Below are positions 41,501-53,164 of a DNA stretch of 64,000 nucleotides, in pieces. The notes beneath the pieces were generated by a model that was given only the letters and a program-made list of their open reading frames with translations, was not told where the DNA came from and did no database searches. Source of the stretch: Ramazzottius varieornatus. Lineage: Eukaryota > Animalia > Tardigrada. Each line of letters starts with the position of its first letter. Positions within the stretch are counted from its first letter, which is position 1. The stretch spans positions 8,913,990 to 8,977,989 of the forward strand of contig BDGG01000002.1 in assembly GCA_001949185.1 (NCBI GenBank). The letters run 5' to 3'. The position numbers and the translations under genes were made by a program.

Positions 41501-43600
41501 CTTCGAGTTATTTGATAGAAAGGGCATCTTGGGTAGAAGCGACCCAGCATCGCATGAAAATGATTTTCTTGTCAGATTCACCGCTCATTGCTGCAGATCG
41601 ATTTTGATGGTCAGCTTCACGACAAAGCTTTGATATATCCTTCAAGCCATCGTATAGTCACTCATACCGCACAGTGGGGCGTATACACCTCGAAGTGTCA
41701 TTCAAGTTGTTTGAAATATGTATTAGACGCGATTGATCAAAGTTTAAAGCTGCTATAAATGCACATTATATCTCCCTGCATGTCCTTTGCAAAGGGAGAT
41801 AGGCCGCTCAGTTTTAGACTTGTCAAATACGGCCAAGTTGAGCGAAGCGCTTATGTTAGGCAGCTAATGCAGAATAAGAGGCGGACAAATAAGTGGTTAG
41901 CACTTGACAAAGGAACTACTTGAAAGAGGCATATCTATTATACAGCTGTGTTATCGGCCATGCATCAAGGCATAATACTCGCGGACAAATTGACAGCTCT
42001 CCCACCTATTCTTCATGCCATTCGCTACCGTTTAAAGTACAAGATACCTGCCTCGTTATAAGGCGGGACCACCCAACGGTATGGCAACAACATGCCCGCT
42101 GTACTATTGATAGAACGCGTTCATTGTTATGTCGAATATTAATGTTGCATGCCGCATATCGAAAGGTCTTTCACGCCCATCAAAACTGCGGTGAGGCCGC
42201 AGCGAACGACCACCTCAAGTATTTTGCAACATCAAATATTTAGTAGCGTATAAATCATCGCTGAAATTCATTCTTCAAGTGTGCCCCTGTTTATTATTAC
42301 AGCCCCTCATGCAGCATGTGCGGTTACAGCCTACAAGCTATCCGGACTTGGCTTGGCGAGCCACGCGAGCATGCAGCCGGCCATGCCACCATCCAGCTGG
42401 CCCTAACTATATCTCACTAAACGGATCAAATGGCCTAGAGCCGAAAAGATGGAAATGGAGTAGCCGCAGTTTATAAATAGGGCCGATGAAACTCTTGTTT
42501 TTGATTCACATGCGGTCCCTTCATGCTCCTTGCTGTGTACAACGTATATTCGCACGGACGAGGCAACTCCATCACAATGATACTTTAATATGCAGGCTTA
42601 GAAGGACACTTTGCAGTTCACCAAGCTCATTTAAACGTCTAGAGCCGGTTAGCAGAGTGCGGCGAAGGAAATGGACAATCTGCGAACCCGCCCACTAAAT
42701 TTGATTCTGACTATAAACCGGTTTCGTACCTGTTTGAATTGCTCTTCATAGGACCAGGCCGGTGTTCCATTGGCTTGCTGGTTGGGTATGCAGCCAATTG
42801 ACGGTGATCTTTCGTGCCGTGATTGCTCCAGATCGAGAGCCGCCGTCTCTTCGGCCTCATCAAGGGCCGTATTAGACTCGCTGGGGGAAAGCGAACGTAT
42901 CTCGCTTTGTCGCGAGCCCTTGCTTAAAAGCGAAACAGCGTTGGGCTCCACCGGACTTGCTTCCTTTGCTGGCCTTTCCCCGAGAGAAGCTCGAGGACCC
43001 ATTCGAAGGTCTTGGGCTCCGTGGTCTTCCTTGCTAAAGGGCTGGTCGACTCGGCCAGTCCGCAGAAAGTCGCCAAAGAGATGGGCAGTCGACAAGCCAT
43101 GAGCCATGGCCTGCAGAGGGAGGACGGTGGGAAAGTTCAGACCGTAAGTGTGGTTGGCAAATCGAGGATCTAGCCAGGGAAGACGACTCTCTGACAGGAA
43201 TGCACCTCGCTCGTCGGACGTGGCTGTCTTGGGCGCTATTTCGTCTACAGGACTAGGGTTCCCTGAACGGACAGGCGATTTCTCCTCTTTACCACCTTCG
43301 TACGCTTTTCTGGAGGAAGAGGTAGAAGTTTGCTTCCCTGAAGACTCATCGTCGGAATTTGATTCCAAGCTGTGATTTGAGTTTTCCGAATGTGAGCGCG
43401 AAGACCCAGCAGCCTACGGCAATACGACAGTAACAAGAGTGAAACCGCGAGGATATTATTCACAGGGATTTGACAATATTTTGACGAGGTTAACAGTGGT
43501 CGAACATGGGTAGAAGTTTCAAGGTGTACCCGGAAGTCTTTAGAAAAGGTCTTACCTGATCTTTTACCACTGAAGCCTGGGTGTCCAGCACTGCCGCCAT
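35599..43600 (-). CDS. ARID3: ARID3 / dead ringer (retained) transcription factor
   Basis: WSYEEQFKQ|LYELTDDPKRRPFLDDLFSFMQKR, TPVNRIPIMAKQTLDLYELY...WREITKGLNLPSSITSAAFTLRTQ|YMKYLYPYEC...LQSAIDGNRREGRR (extended ARID). REKLES-beta SLVISMEINGIMYQ|GVLFA. Probable start MAAVLDTQ at 43600; ~5 kb intron 37634-42729. Confidence 0.94.
39640..40569. mobile_element. Decayed mariner-like element (930 bp) in the ARID3 long intron
   Basis: TIRs TCAGGTCTGTAAGTATGACTTAGCGGTTT and (reverse complement) TCAGGTCTGTAATTATGACTTTGCAGTTT, both flanked by TA. AT-rich interior with no intact ORF. Confidence 0.8.
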
Positions 43601-46405
43601 TATCCACTTTGCAGCCAAACTAGCAATACTTATCCTTCACATATAATATAGAGTCACAGCGATTCCTTTGGTACGCAAAAGTTGATATAAAGTATTGGAC
43701 CACAAATGCCACGAACGATACAAGGTGAAGGCGATCGAGAGCCCAGAGTGCTCTGACAGTCCGACTTCAGCCGCAACAGTAGTCCAGTAAAGGATTTTCG
43801 GAAAAGACTGGAAGCTTCACTTATCAAAGAGATTGTTGGTGGGTTATAAATGTATAAATAGCAGTAGCTGGCGGCTGTTGCTTTCATACAGTATACGAGG
43901 CCTGATCGATGCATCTAAACAGATGCATATGCCGCTGATGAGCTTCCAACGTCTCATTGACAAGTATCAATAAAAACAGGCCGCAATTGACGGAGACATA
44001 TATAGCGTCGGCCAGCAAAGATGCAAGATGTGTTTAATAGCGTCGTCGGGGCCTGATAGGCGAATGTAACGATAGATGTGCGTTGCGGCCACAGTACGTG
44101 TAATGGACATTTCTTTCTTGACTCGATGGTTGACGAGTCTCTTACGACATTTATTCCGGTCCTCTTGCCATCATTATAGCTTACTTCTGTCGACTGGCGA
44201 GGCTATGCATCGCATCATTTCCTAGCCGTATAGCAGAACTATCGCACTGTATATAGCTGTATCGACAGATTATTCGCCGCCACCACTCAAGATTGGTCGC
44301 TTCTGATGCTTCAAGATAGTACTCGATTAAATGCCCATACTTTGGCACCGCGTACGTAGCTGCTTGTCGAAAGACATGGACGTACCGAGTACGTGTCATG
44401 TTGAGCTACTAGCAGCAGAGAAAGGGTGGCTAAAAGTTACCTTTATTATTGACGGTAGGTATAAGATGCATCGATTTACCGTACTTGTACCCATCGATAT
44501 CACATCGAACGCCGTTGGCTTCCTCTCGCTTAACACTCTGCGTACGACCGTCCTCTTTGTGTATACAATCACTCATTTTTATTCATCTCCCAATTTAAGC
44601 TTTTAGTCTTTCAGGTCGTTTTTTTCTTTGCCTGTACCTCGGTCTTCTCACCAAAGTGATAATAATGGCCAGCGGACAGCAGAACCCCAGCACGTTGGAA
44701 GATTTTTCACAGTTTCGGGTGGTTTTAAGGAAATTTGATGTTTCGTCTCTTCGCGCGAGAGACGTGCACGGTATTCGCTTAGAAAAAACTGGAGCACTGG
44801 GGACAGTCTTATCTATCGAAGCCTGGGATAAATTTTGTAGTCATCAGTGCGGTCAGAAGAAAATCAAGACGACCAGTTCTCCCTTTTGAAATTTGGCGTT
44901 CATGGCCTGCCAATTATCCGAATTTCGAAATTTGAAAATGGCGTGTTGGCTGGGCCAGCCTCCGGCACACGGTATCAGCCAATCTTATTCCTGTATACAC
45001 AAAGAGGACGGTAGTATTCTGCAAACACGAAAATCATCGTGCTGAGAGTGTTGAACACACTTTATGTGTGGTGTCGATGTACCTGTCCGTTCGTTCTCCG
45101 AAACGCCAATAACATTCCTCCTAACGACTGGCCTCAAAATTTTGCTTATGTTGAAAAACGGCTGATAGAAAATTTATTTCACCTTCATCAACTCAAATTA
45201 GACGTCAGTGAAATAAAATCTAATTTTTTTCGGTGATTTCGGAAACGGGACCGGAAACGCGCGAGTTTCGCGGGGTGGGTTCGAAGGCAGTCTTTGCCTC
45301 CTGACTGGGCTCAAACTCCTACTTTACTTTTTGGCTACTCTTTGTTTTCCGATATCCTCGACGCTGATCTTGCGGTGCGATGCACTGTGAAAACGGAAAT
45401 CAGCTGAGAAATGGAAAAGGGGAATTTTGAGGCAAGTGTGCAGAGGATAATCCGTTATCATTTTCAAGATAAGCTAATTGAGGGCTGCATATCTTGCAAG
45501 TGAAATTTGGTACTGGCAATGCGTTTTTTGAGATCAACACAATCAAACAACTTTCACAGCCCGTCGTGAGGATGACTAAAGATAATTTGGCTTTGTGTTC
45601 GGTAGCAGTGGTTACCGCGAACAGCACCTGTGGGAGATCCAAGTACCGGTGTGTGACTCCGGCGGGTTCTTGGGCCGATGCTGAGGGTTCTCACGAGGTT
45701 TCTGCCTTCTGCAAGGCGTACTAAGACCCTGTACTCGAGCAACGTACAGCGACCATCGTGCTATTACTTGAAAAGTGTTTGGAGATCTGTACAGAAAGTA
45801 ACATACTGGCGGGATGCATAAAAGCATGGACGAAGCCGAATTATGGTGGAGATCAAGTCGACGGCCATCGAACTAGGCCTTAATTACAGTTATGAAGACA
45901 ACGATGCGTGCAGGATGCAAAGCAGGACGAAGAAGTTGTCGAGTCGTTAGACGGGCCATTTGCTTTGCACTGCCACCTCAGGCAAATAAACAACAAGCGT
46001 CGGTGATTTACCGGGCCTCCTTGTCGAGTGGCTCATCGTCCAGCCGGTTATACGCATGTAGATTTCAGTCTATTGTAGCGCAGGAGAGGGGTTCTTCCGG
46101 AAGTTTCTTCGATAATATTCACCACTAGACAGCCCACTCGACATTCGTTCTGATAAACAAGGATGTACGGCAGGAGTATATTGTTCACAAAGCGCACGAT
46201 ACTAAAGAAGAACGGATAACATGATAGGCGGACATCCGCTGCACATCAGCCAACAATGCGAACAGGAGTAGCACAAGAGACGATGAGAACAGCGGCATGG
46301 CTACCCCGCACTTGGCAGACTGACCACAGAGGAAGAGTGAAGGTTAATGGATGAAGGACAGTGGCTAAAGTGGCTTAAAACTTCAACAAAAAATCGCCAA
46401 ACGAA

Positions 46406-49400
46406 TTAATTAGGTCGGCGATAATTGGGGGTAAAGTATCTGGGAGGTCCTGCGTTGGGTGGTGGTGAGTGGTAAGAAGTGGAAGCGGCCTGGTAGTTGT
46501 TGTTGTGGTGGTGAGGAAGACGTCCCCCACCATAGCTGGACACGCCGCCATTGTAGGAAGAAGGACGGCCATCCTCCTGGTTATAGTAACCACCACCGCT
46601 ACCGTTGCCACCACCGTAACCTCCTACTTGTGAATGTCGGCCATAGTTATCGTAACCACGCCCATAGTTGTTGTTGTAACCACCTCTTCCTCCCTGATTA
46701 TACGGATCGTATCGGGAGGAGGAGGACGAACCTCGCTGGTGATGCTGTTGCTGGCGGCTGTTATCATGGTAGTCGGGGATGTGGTTCGCATAATTGTCAA
46801 AGTTGTTATTTCGCTGCTGTTGGTAGCCGTTACCATGAGCGTTGTAACTGTGGCGTCGCCGATCATCCTCCCAGCGTGGTTCCACTTCTTCGTTATAGCT
46901 TCTGCGCGAGGGTTGCCTGTTATCATACTGATAAGCACCTCTGCCTCGTCCTGCTGGAATGCCGGCTGCACCGTTCAGCAGCCGATGTCCCGTTCCACTA
47001 AGGCTGACTTGTCTGCGGTTGGGGTTGAAGCCCAGCTGAGCGCGACCTTGGTTGGCTAGGACGGAAGGAGGTGCTTGGGCACCGGGTAGTCGGCTGGCCA
47101 AATAGCGATGGCCAGCATGGTAGAGCGGATCACGGAAGGCTACACTCAGCGCGGCGTTCTTCTCCAGTGCTACCAGCGAAGCATAAGGACTGGGCACTGT
47201 CGTCCCGGGCGGGAAGCAGCCTTCGTCCAGCGCCACCAGACCAGCCATGCCGTAAATGTGCTCTTGGGCCAACAGCGACCAACCTCCATCTGGCAACTTC
47301 TCCACTCGGTAAAAGCTCTCCACTAGACTGTGACTGACCGTGTGCTGCCCGCCAGTGAAGAGGAGACTTTCTCCACGACCGTTGCGACGCACTTCCTCTT
47401 CCGTCAGCGTATCGTACACCGTGGCCAGTGTCTGTCAAAGAAGGAGAAGATGACTATCTAACCGTTACTGTACAGGGCAGACAAGCTGCACCCACCTTGA
47501 GGAGACGTTCTTCGTCGACAAAGGGTAGGAGAGCCACCCCTTGCCAGGCAAACTTTTTGCCATTGAGGTCAACACAAAAGTCCGAGGGGTAAAAGTCCAG
47601 GATGGGCGATGTGGGCTGCACCATCAGCTGGCGCCATGCAGAGGGCAGAAACTTACTGGAGCCTTCGGGGAAGACGGCCATCAGCTGTTCCAGCGGCTTG
47701 AAGGGCTGCGTGTCGTTGGGGAAGGTAATGTTCAGGCTGGCAATGTGGACAAAGTCCGAGGCGAAGGGCGAGTAGTGGTAGGGGTAGTACCAGGTCCAGG
47801 AGGGGCAGCCTTGGTAGTAATACTGCAGCACCCACGACAAGCCTTCCACGTAGGCCTGCACAATCTGCTGCTGAAACTGCAACCAACAAAACAGAAACAT
47901 GCATCAGTAACCTCTTTCAATTTAACTATCGTCCATGATCCAAAGCGGGGCTTCTTCAGCTCAAGAGCTCACTCTGCCTATATTTCCTAAGCAAATGCTT
48001 GACAGGGCCGTGCCCGGCACCAGCCTGGTGGAGCTTTCGCTGACCATCCAGGGCCGTGCCGGGTCGCAATCTGTTGGATCTTTTGGTAAAAGTCTCGAAG
48101 GCAAAAGGCCAACAAGCCATAAAACTCGTCGGCTTCCGGAATTGCATCTTACCTGGACGTCAGTGTCGATATCGACGCCAAACTTGTTCATGTAATAACG
48201 GGCTTTCCAGCCTTCTTCCCCCAAGCGGACGACATCGTTAGGGTCCTCGTCATTGTCATCCTCCACCGGCCGTCTGCCTTCTTCCCTCTGTCCTCCTTCG
48301 TCGGCCGGTGGTGCGGCAGCAGCATCGGGGTTGACCAACATGGCCCTCAAACGTTGGGCGGAGGACATGTTGGCTTGTTGGTGGGCACTCTGACGAGCTT
48401 GATGAACGGCTTGGCGAACATTGGAGTATTCGCCTGCTGGCGTGGCCGAGAAGGCATTGACAGGGACTGCGGCGAAGAGTCCATCGCTGGATCCTTCGAT
48501 ACTGCGACTAAAGGCTCCTTGTAGCGTTCGCTGGCGCTTGTGTGGCGGCTCGTTGGCCGCGCGTTCTTCCTCATCGTACTGCCGCCGCTTCTGCTGCGCT
48601 CTCTCTCGTTCGCGATCCCGCCGCCGCTCAAACTTGGCCTTGGACAGGCGATTCTTCAGGATGACATCCTCCATCCTGCCCAGCTCGTTGAGGATAACCT
48701 GCACGCGCTGATAGTCGACAAAGCCGTTCTCCGTCAAGTAGCCGCCCGTTCGGTCGCTGTTGGCCTTATAAATGTCAATCAGCCGATCGATGGCGCCTTC
48801 GCGGATCTCTAGAGAAGGCAGGTGCGGCAGAAAGTCGTTGCCAACAAAGAAGCACATAAAGACCCAATCGTCGATAGCTCGTTCCAAGTCAAATGGGTAG
48901 GGCAGAGCTCGGTCAGGCTCCAGCTCTTTGGCCAGGTACTCTCGCAAAACGGGTAGACGGAGGAAGATGAACTCGGTGATGGGCGCTGGTGTTGGTTCCT
49001 CTTCTTCGCCTTCTCGTTTGGCTTTGACACCCGAGCAGTACTTGAGCTCGTGGCCAATCTGTCCGCACAGAGAACACGGACGAGGGGCGTTGGGCTTGAA
49101 CTCTTCCCGAATGATCCTGCAAGTCAAACATTTGATCCAGCATGGGCAATAGCGCATAATGACATGGACGGACGGTATACCTACGTAAAGTTGGCTTCGT
49201 GGGTGGCTAAGCCCAGCATGATCAAGTCAGCATCGGCACCGCACAAGCAGTGGTGAGTGTTGGGATCGTGCGACGGACAGGAACGCTGCTTACGAATAAA
49301 GTCCATAATCTTATGCTCGCCCTCTCCAGGCACGCTGGCATCCGACAGGATGACCGAGATGTTGGCCCATCCCGGGTCGGTGTTCAGTCGCTGGTGAATG

Positions 49401-50158
49401 TAGTAGCGCAAGGCTTTAGCCAGGTTATCCATAAACTGCGTTCCCGGTGTGATGCAATTGCTGTCAAACTTCTCCCCTTCCTCGGCCTTCTCCTTGTTCA
49501 ATACCTAGAAAAAGATACATGAGACGCCGGTGAGAAGAGGTCCAATAGGTTAGCCACGCTGTCATTCAGTCCATTTTTCACCAATATGGTTGACAGGGCC
49601 GTGCGCGACACGAACTTGTTACCAGCTGTTAGCAGATATATTACGTACGTACGAGGAACGAGTCAAAACTTGGCAGCACTGCCATCGAGTGCCGAAAACA
49701 CAGGGGAAGAGCCCAGTTACCTGTAAGCCTTCTTCCAGCAAGCGCGCTTTAACCGCTTGAATTTCCTCTTCCTTCTCGGCCACTTCTTTGGAAGCGCGAA
49801 AGCGTCGGGAGCGCTGCTGGTTCATCTTGGCCCGCGGTGCCACACCGTCAATGGCCATATACAGCAGTCGTCGTGGTCGCACAATATTAAAGATACGATC
49901 GATGTACTCAAAGATCAGCACCATCATCTCTTCTTCATTGCGAGGGGCCGGCCGATCCTCGGGATGGGTGCACGGGTGGATGATCCCGTTCATATCCAGG
50001 TAAAGATTATCGAACTCCACTTCGTTGGGATTCGGCTGTGAAGTGTCGTTCGGTGCTTGTGTCCCATCGTCCAGCTGACACTTCCCCTCTTCCGTCGCAT
50101 GCACCACAATGGAGGGATATTTACGGCTTAACCAGCGAAAAAAGGCCGGAACACCCAT
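46406..50158 (-). CDS. XRN2: 5'-3' exoribonuclease 2 (Rat1)
   Basis: Start [18 protein letters not shown]; [20 protein letters not shown]; [20 protein letters not shown]; [10 protein letters not shown]; PGEGEHKIM; [14 protein letters not shown] zinc knuckle; [13 protein letters not shown]; [17 protein letters not shown]; G/Y/N-rich tail. Confidence 0.97.
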
Positions 50159-50565
50159 GACTCTTGTCCGTTTCCAGCGCAGGAGAAAACGGCAAATAGT
50201 TACCCTTCCGCACCTGTTAATCAACAAACAGGCAGACAATCAATGGAGACCATCACTCCGTATGGTGCTGACGATCGGTTGTCTTTAATACCTGCTTTGC
50301 TGCAGTGTTCCTCTCCGCGTCAGTGAAAACTCCTTCTGGTGTGCAGGTTGTTTCCCACGTCTTCCTCCTCCTCTATTAAACACTTCGGCAATCACCTACG
50401 ACAAGAACTGTAAAGTTCTGACTGCATTTCTGAATGATCTCAAATAAAACAATGATTGTTTGAATTGTGAAATTCCAGGTTTCCAGTTCGAATGACGTCA
50501 CTCTTACCGATGCACGCGTACGGTCGTACAGTCTCAAAAGTCACCTTACGGCGGAACTGGACACC

Positions 50566-51629
50566 TTCTTTGTTCATGTAAAGTATCCCGCTTTAGAGTT
50601 TAGACGATAACTCTGTTATTTATTGCTTGATATCTGTCATTTCAGGACGCCATTAAATTCATAGATGTTTTCCACGCTGTCAAGGTATGCTTATCGCTCC
50701 TGGATATAATGTCTTTCTTCATGCGGCATACCGATGCAGACTATCAAATTGTTTTATTTACTTAGCCGGAGAAAGACTGGGAAATTCCGGAAGGAGCTTC
50801 AGCTTATAAAACCTTTTGGGATTTTGTCACGCAGCAGTCGGAGACCTTGCACCATGTGATGTGGGTGATGTCTAATCGCGCTATACCACGTTCATATGCC
50901 ATGATGCAGGGCTTTGGTGGTAAGAGATAACCATACAATCTGTGGCCGAGAAAAGACCGTCTGAATTCAGAATGCCGTTTGATTCTGGGGTATTTCAGTG
51001 CATTCGTTCAAGATGATCAATGCTGAGGGAGTGGCACGTTTCGTCAAGTTCCACTGGATTCCCTTGGCCGGTGCCAACTCGCTGCTCCGGGACGAAGCGC
51101 GAAAGATTGCCGGCAAAAATTCAGACTTTCACCGGTAGGCCACCGGTAGCCCTCTCATTACTCCCAAAGACAGGTTAGTTAGTTGGTTTCCTCATCGCCT
51201 TGTCTAGTTGGTCAATCTGACCGACTTGCTCTTCTTCCGCTGCTAGCATCAAGGGACGCAAGGTGGCCATCTTAGCGGCTGACGGTGTCGATGGGGCGGC
51301 TGCGCTGGCTGTAATGTCGGTTTTGAAGGCTGGTGGTGCCATGGCGCAGATTGTGGCACCTCGAATGGGCTCCCTGAAGGTAAGTTCAGGCCAGGAAGGA
51401 GAGAAGGCCTTGCAGGTTGATGGCTTGGTCACCGGCTTGCCTTCCATCCTTTTCGACGCCGTCTACCTGCCGGGCGGCAAAGACTCGATTCAGGCTCTGC
51501 TCAAGATGGCCAAGGTACTAGCTGACTTACTTCTCCCAAAACAAAAGCTCACCTGTATCGAATTGTTCTTTGCAGCACAGCATTATCTGATGGAAGCTTA
51601 CATTCACTGCAAGCCCATGGCGGCATCGG
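50566..51629 (+). pseudogene. Clade-II (large-subunit, HPII/KatE-type) catalase fragment with introns, N-terminally truncated and internally deleted
   Basis: Exons read FFVH|DAIKFIDVFHAVK|[51 protein letters not shown]|VHSFKMINAEGVARFVKFHW...AGKNSDFHR, then jump to the C-terminal DJ-1/GATase-like domain SIKGRKVAILAADGVD...PSILFDAVYLPGG...EAYIHCKPMAASG. The distal-His and proximal-Tyr regions are absent. Confidence 0.85.
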
Positions 51630-51685
51630 GTAGGTTTCTCGTTACACTACATGGTATTTGGTTCCGTATTCTGTAGCTCATACTA

Positions 51686-53164
51686 GAGAGGTTGATACGA
51701 AATCCGAGCAGCGCAAGAAAACCGAGTAGCGTAAGAGCTTGGCCCCGCCTACTCCTTACTCGGAGAGGTTGAGACTCGCTGCTCGGTGCGCTCGATTAGC
51801 GTAACTTTTCCACAGAGTTTTTGCGAAAATCCATCTCTACTCCGACGTGACTTTCAAACGAATCACTGAATTACACAGAGTTTTGGTTTGAGTGTAGGAA
51901 AACGAGAATTAACGTTCAGTCCTAGTTTGCAAACCAAAAACGAGATGGACGAGACGACCACAAAAGCTACAGTTAAAGGCGGAGTCGAAATCAAGCAACG
52001 TGCTAAAGCTACAGTTAAACGTACAGTACACCTCTCATAATGATTTTGCTGAAGTTAAAGTGAAAGTAACAGTTCCGTTCAGTGTTTGACAGTCACAGTT
52101 GCGCCAGCAGTCAAACCCACAGTTACGCTGCGGAACTCCGTTTCTCTTCAGGTTGAAAAGCCACAGTTAAGCAGTGTTGAACAAAGTACCGGTACTACCC
52201 GGTAATACCTGTACTAAGTATCGATTTCGCAGTACTTGTACTTTACCCTGTACCGACGGCCGATACCTGTACCTTACGGGAGGTATTTCAGGTATTTACC
52301 CGGTAATACCGGGTACTGAAGGCTGACGGTAATCACCGAAAGTACCGCGAAAGTACCGGACGCATGGGTTCGATTGTCAGAGATATTAGTGTTTTTGAGT
52401 GCGAAACACGGCGCTGCCCATATACGTCCGACCGTACTTCAACTAGCGCATGTGCGCACTCGCGCAGTGCGAAGTATGCAGCCCGTGCACCTACTGTGTA
52501 TCAGCGTTATGGTGTATGTAGGTGCGCGAAGCTAACAGTGCATTTTGAAACGACGATCAGCAGGTGCACCCGCTGATCAGCAGTCAAGAATTTCAAAGCG
52601 AGTTTCTGATTTATAGTCCGGTCGCTATGCTCCTACTGTTCGTATCTTACCTTTGATGCTTTTTTCCCACGGTAAATTCGGTATACTTTTTGGAAAATAC
52701 TCTACCGGCGGAATTACCTGTGAATCTTGCCAACTAACGATACTTTACCTGCGAGGCGAGCCGAAATACTTTACTTTACCGAGTACCGAACAACCAGTAC
52801 TTGTTCAACACTGCAGTTAAGCATGGAGTTACTCTTACAGTTGGAAACTATCTCAAATGGGAAGTCAGACGCCAATAGGCACAGTCAGAACTGCAGTTCA
52901 TATTCGTGTGACAACCTTAGACTTAGAGAGCAAAATAGAAGTTTGACGAACTTTTGGAACGAAATACCTACCGAAAAGCATGTTTGGAACGTTACTCGGA
53001 GTTCTTACGCGCTCAAGTAACGGCCCACATGCCTTACTCGGGAATAGGTGCCGAGCACATTAGTTAGTTCAGCTGATTCGGCTCCGCCCCGAGCTCGATT
53101 TTGATTGGCTCGTTCTTACGCTACTCGGACTTCTTACTCTACTTGAGCGTCGTATCAACCTTTG
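51686..53164. mobile_element. Non-autonomous TIR element (~1.5 kb including nested insert)
   Basis: 48-bp inverted ends 51689-51736 and 53114-53161 (38/48 identical; AGGTTGATACGA...CCGAGTAGCGTAAGA). Subterminal TACTCG/CGAGTA and internal ACAGTT repeats. No TSD visible. Confidence 0.75.
52172..52813. mobile_element. Nested hAT-type MITE (642 bp)
   Basis: TIR CAGTGTTGAACAA / TTGTTCAACACTG, perfect 8-bp TSD CAGTTAAG at 52164-52171 and 52814-52821, subterminal GTAC/TACC arrays. Confidence 0.92.

Noticed and set aside
45390-45830. Cys-containing ORF 45494-45724 downstream of a promoter-like CG-rich patch
   Set aside because: Could not build a consistent exon chain or recognise a family.
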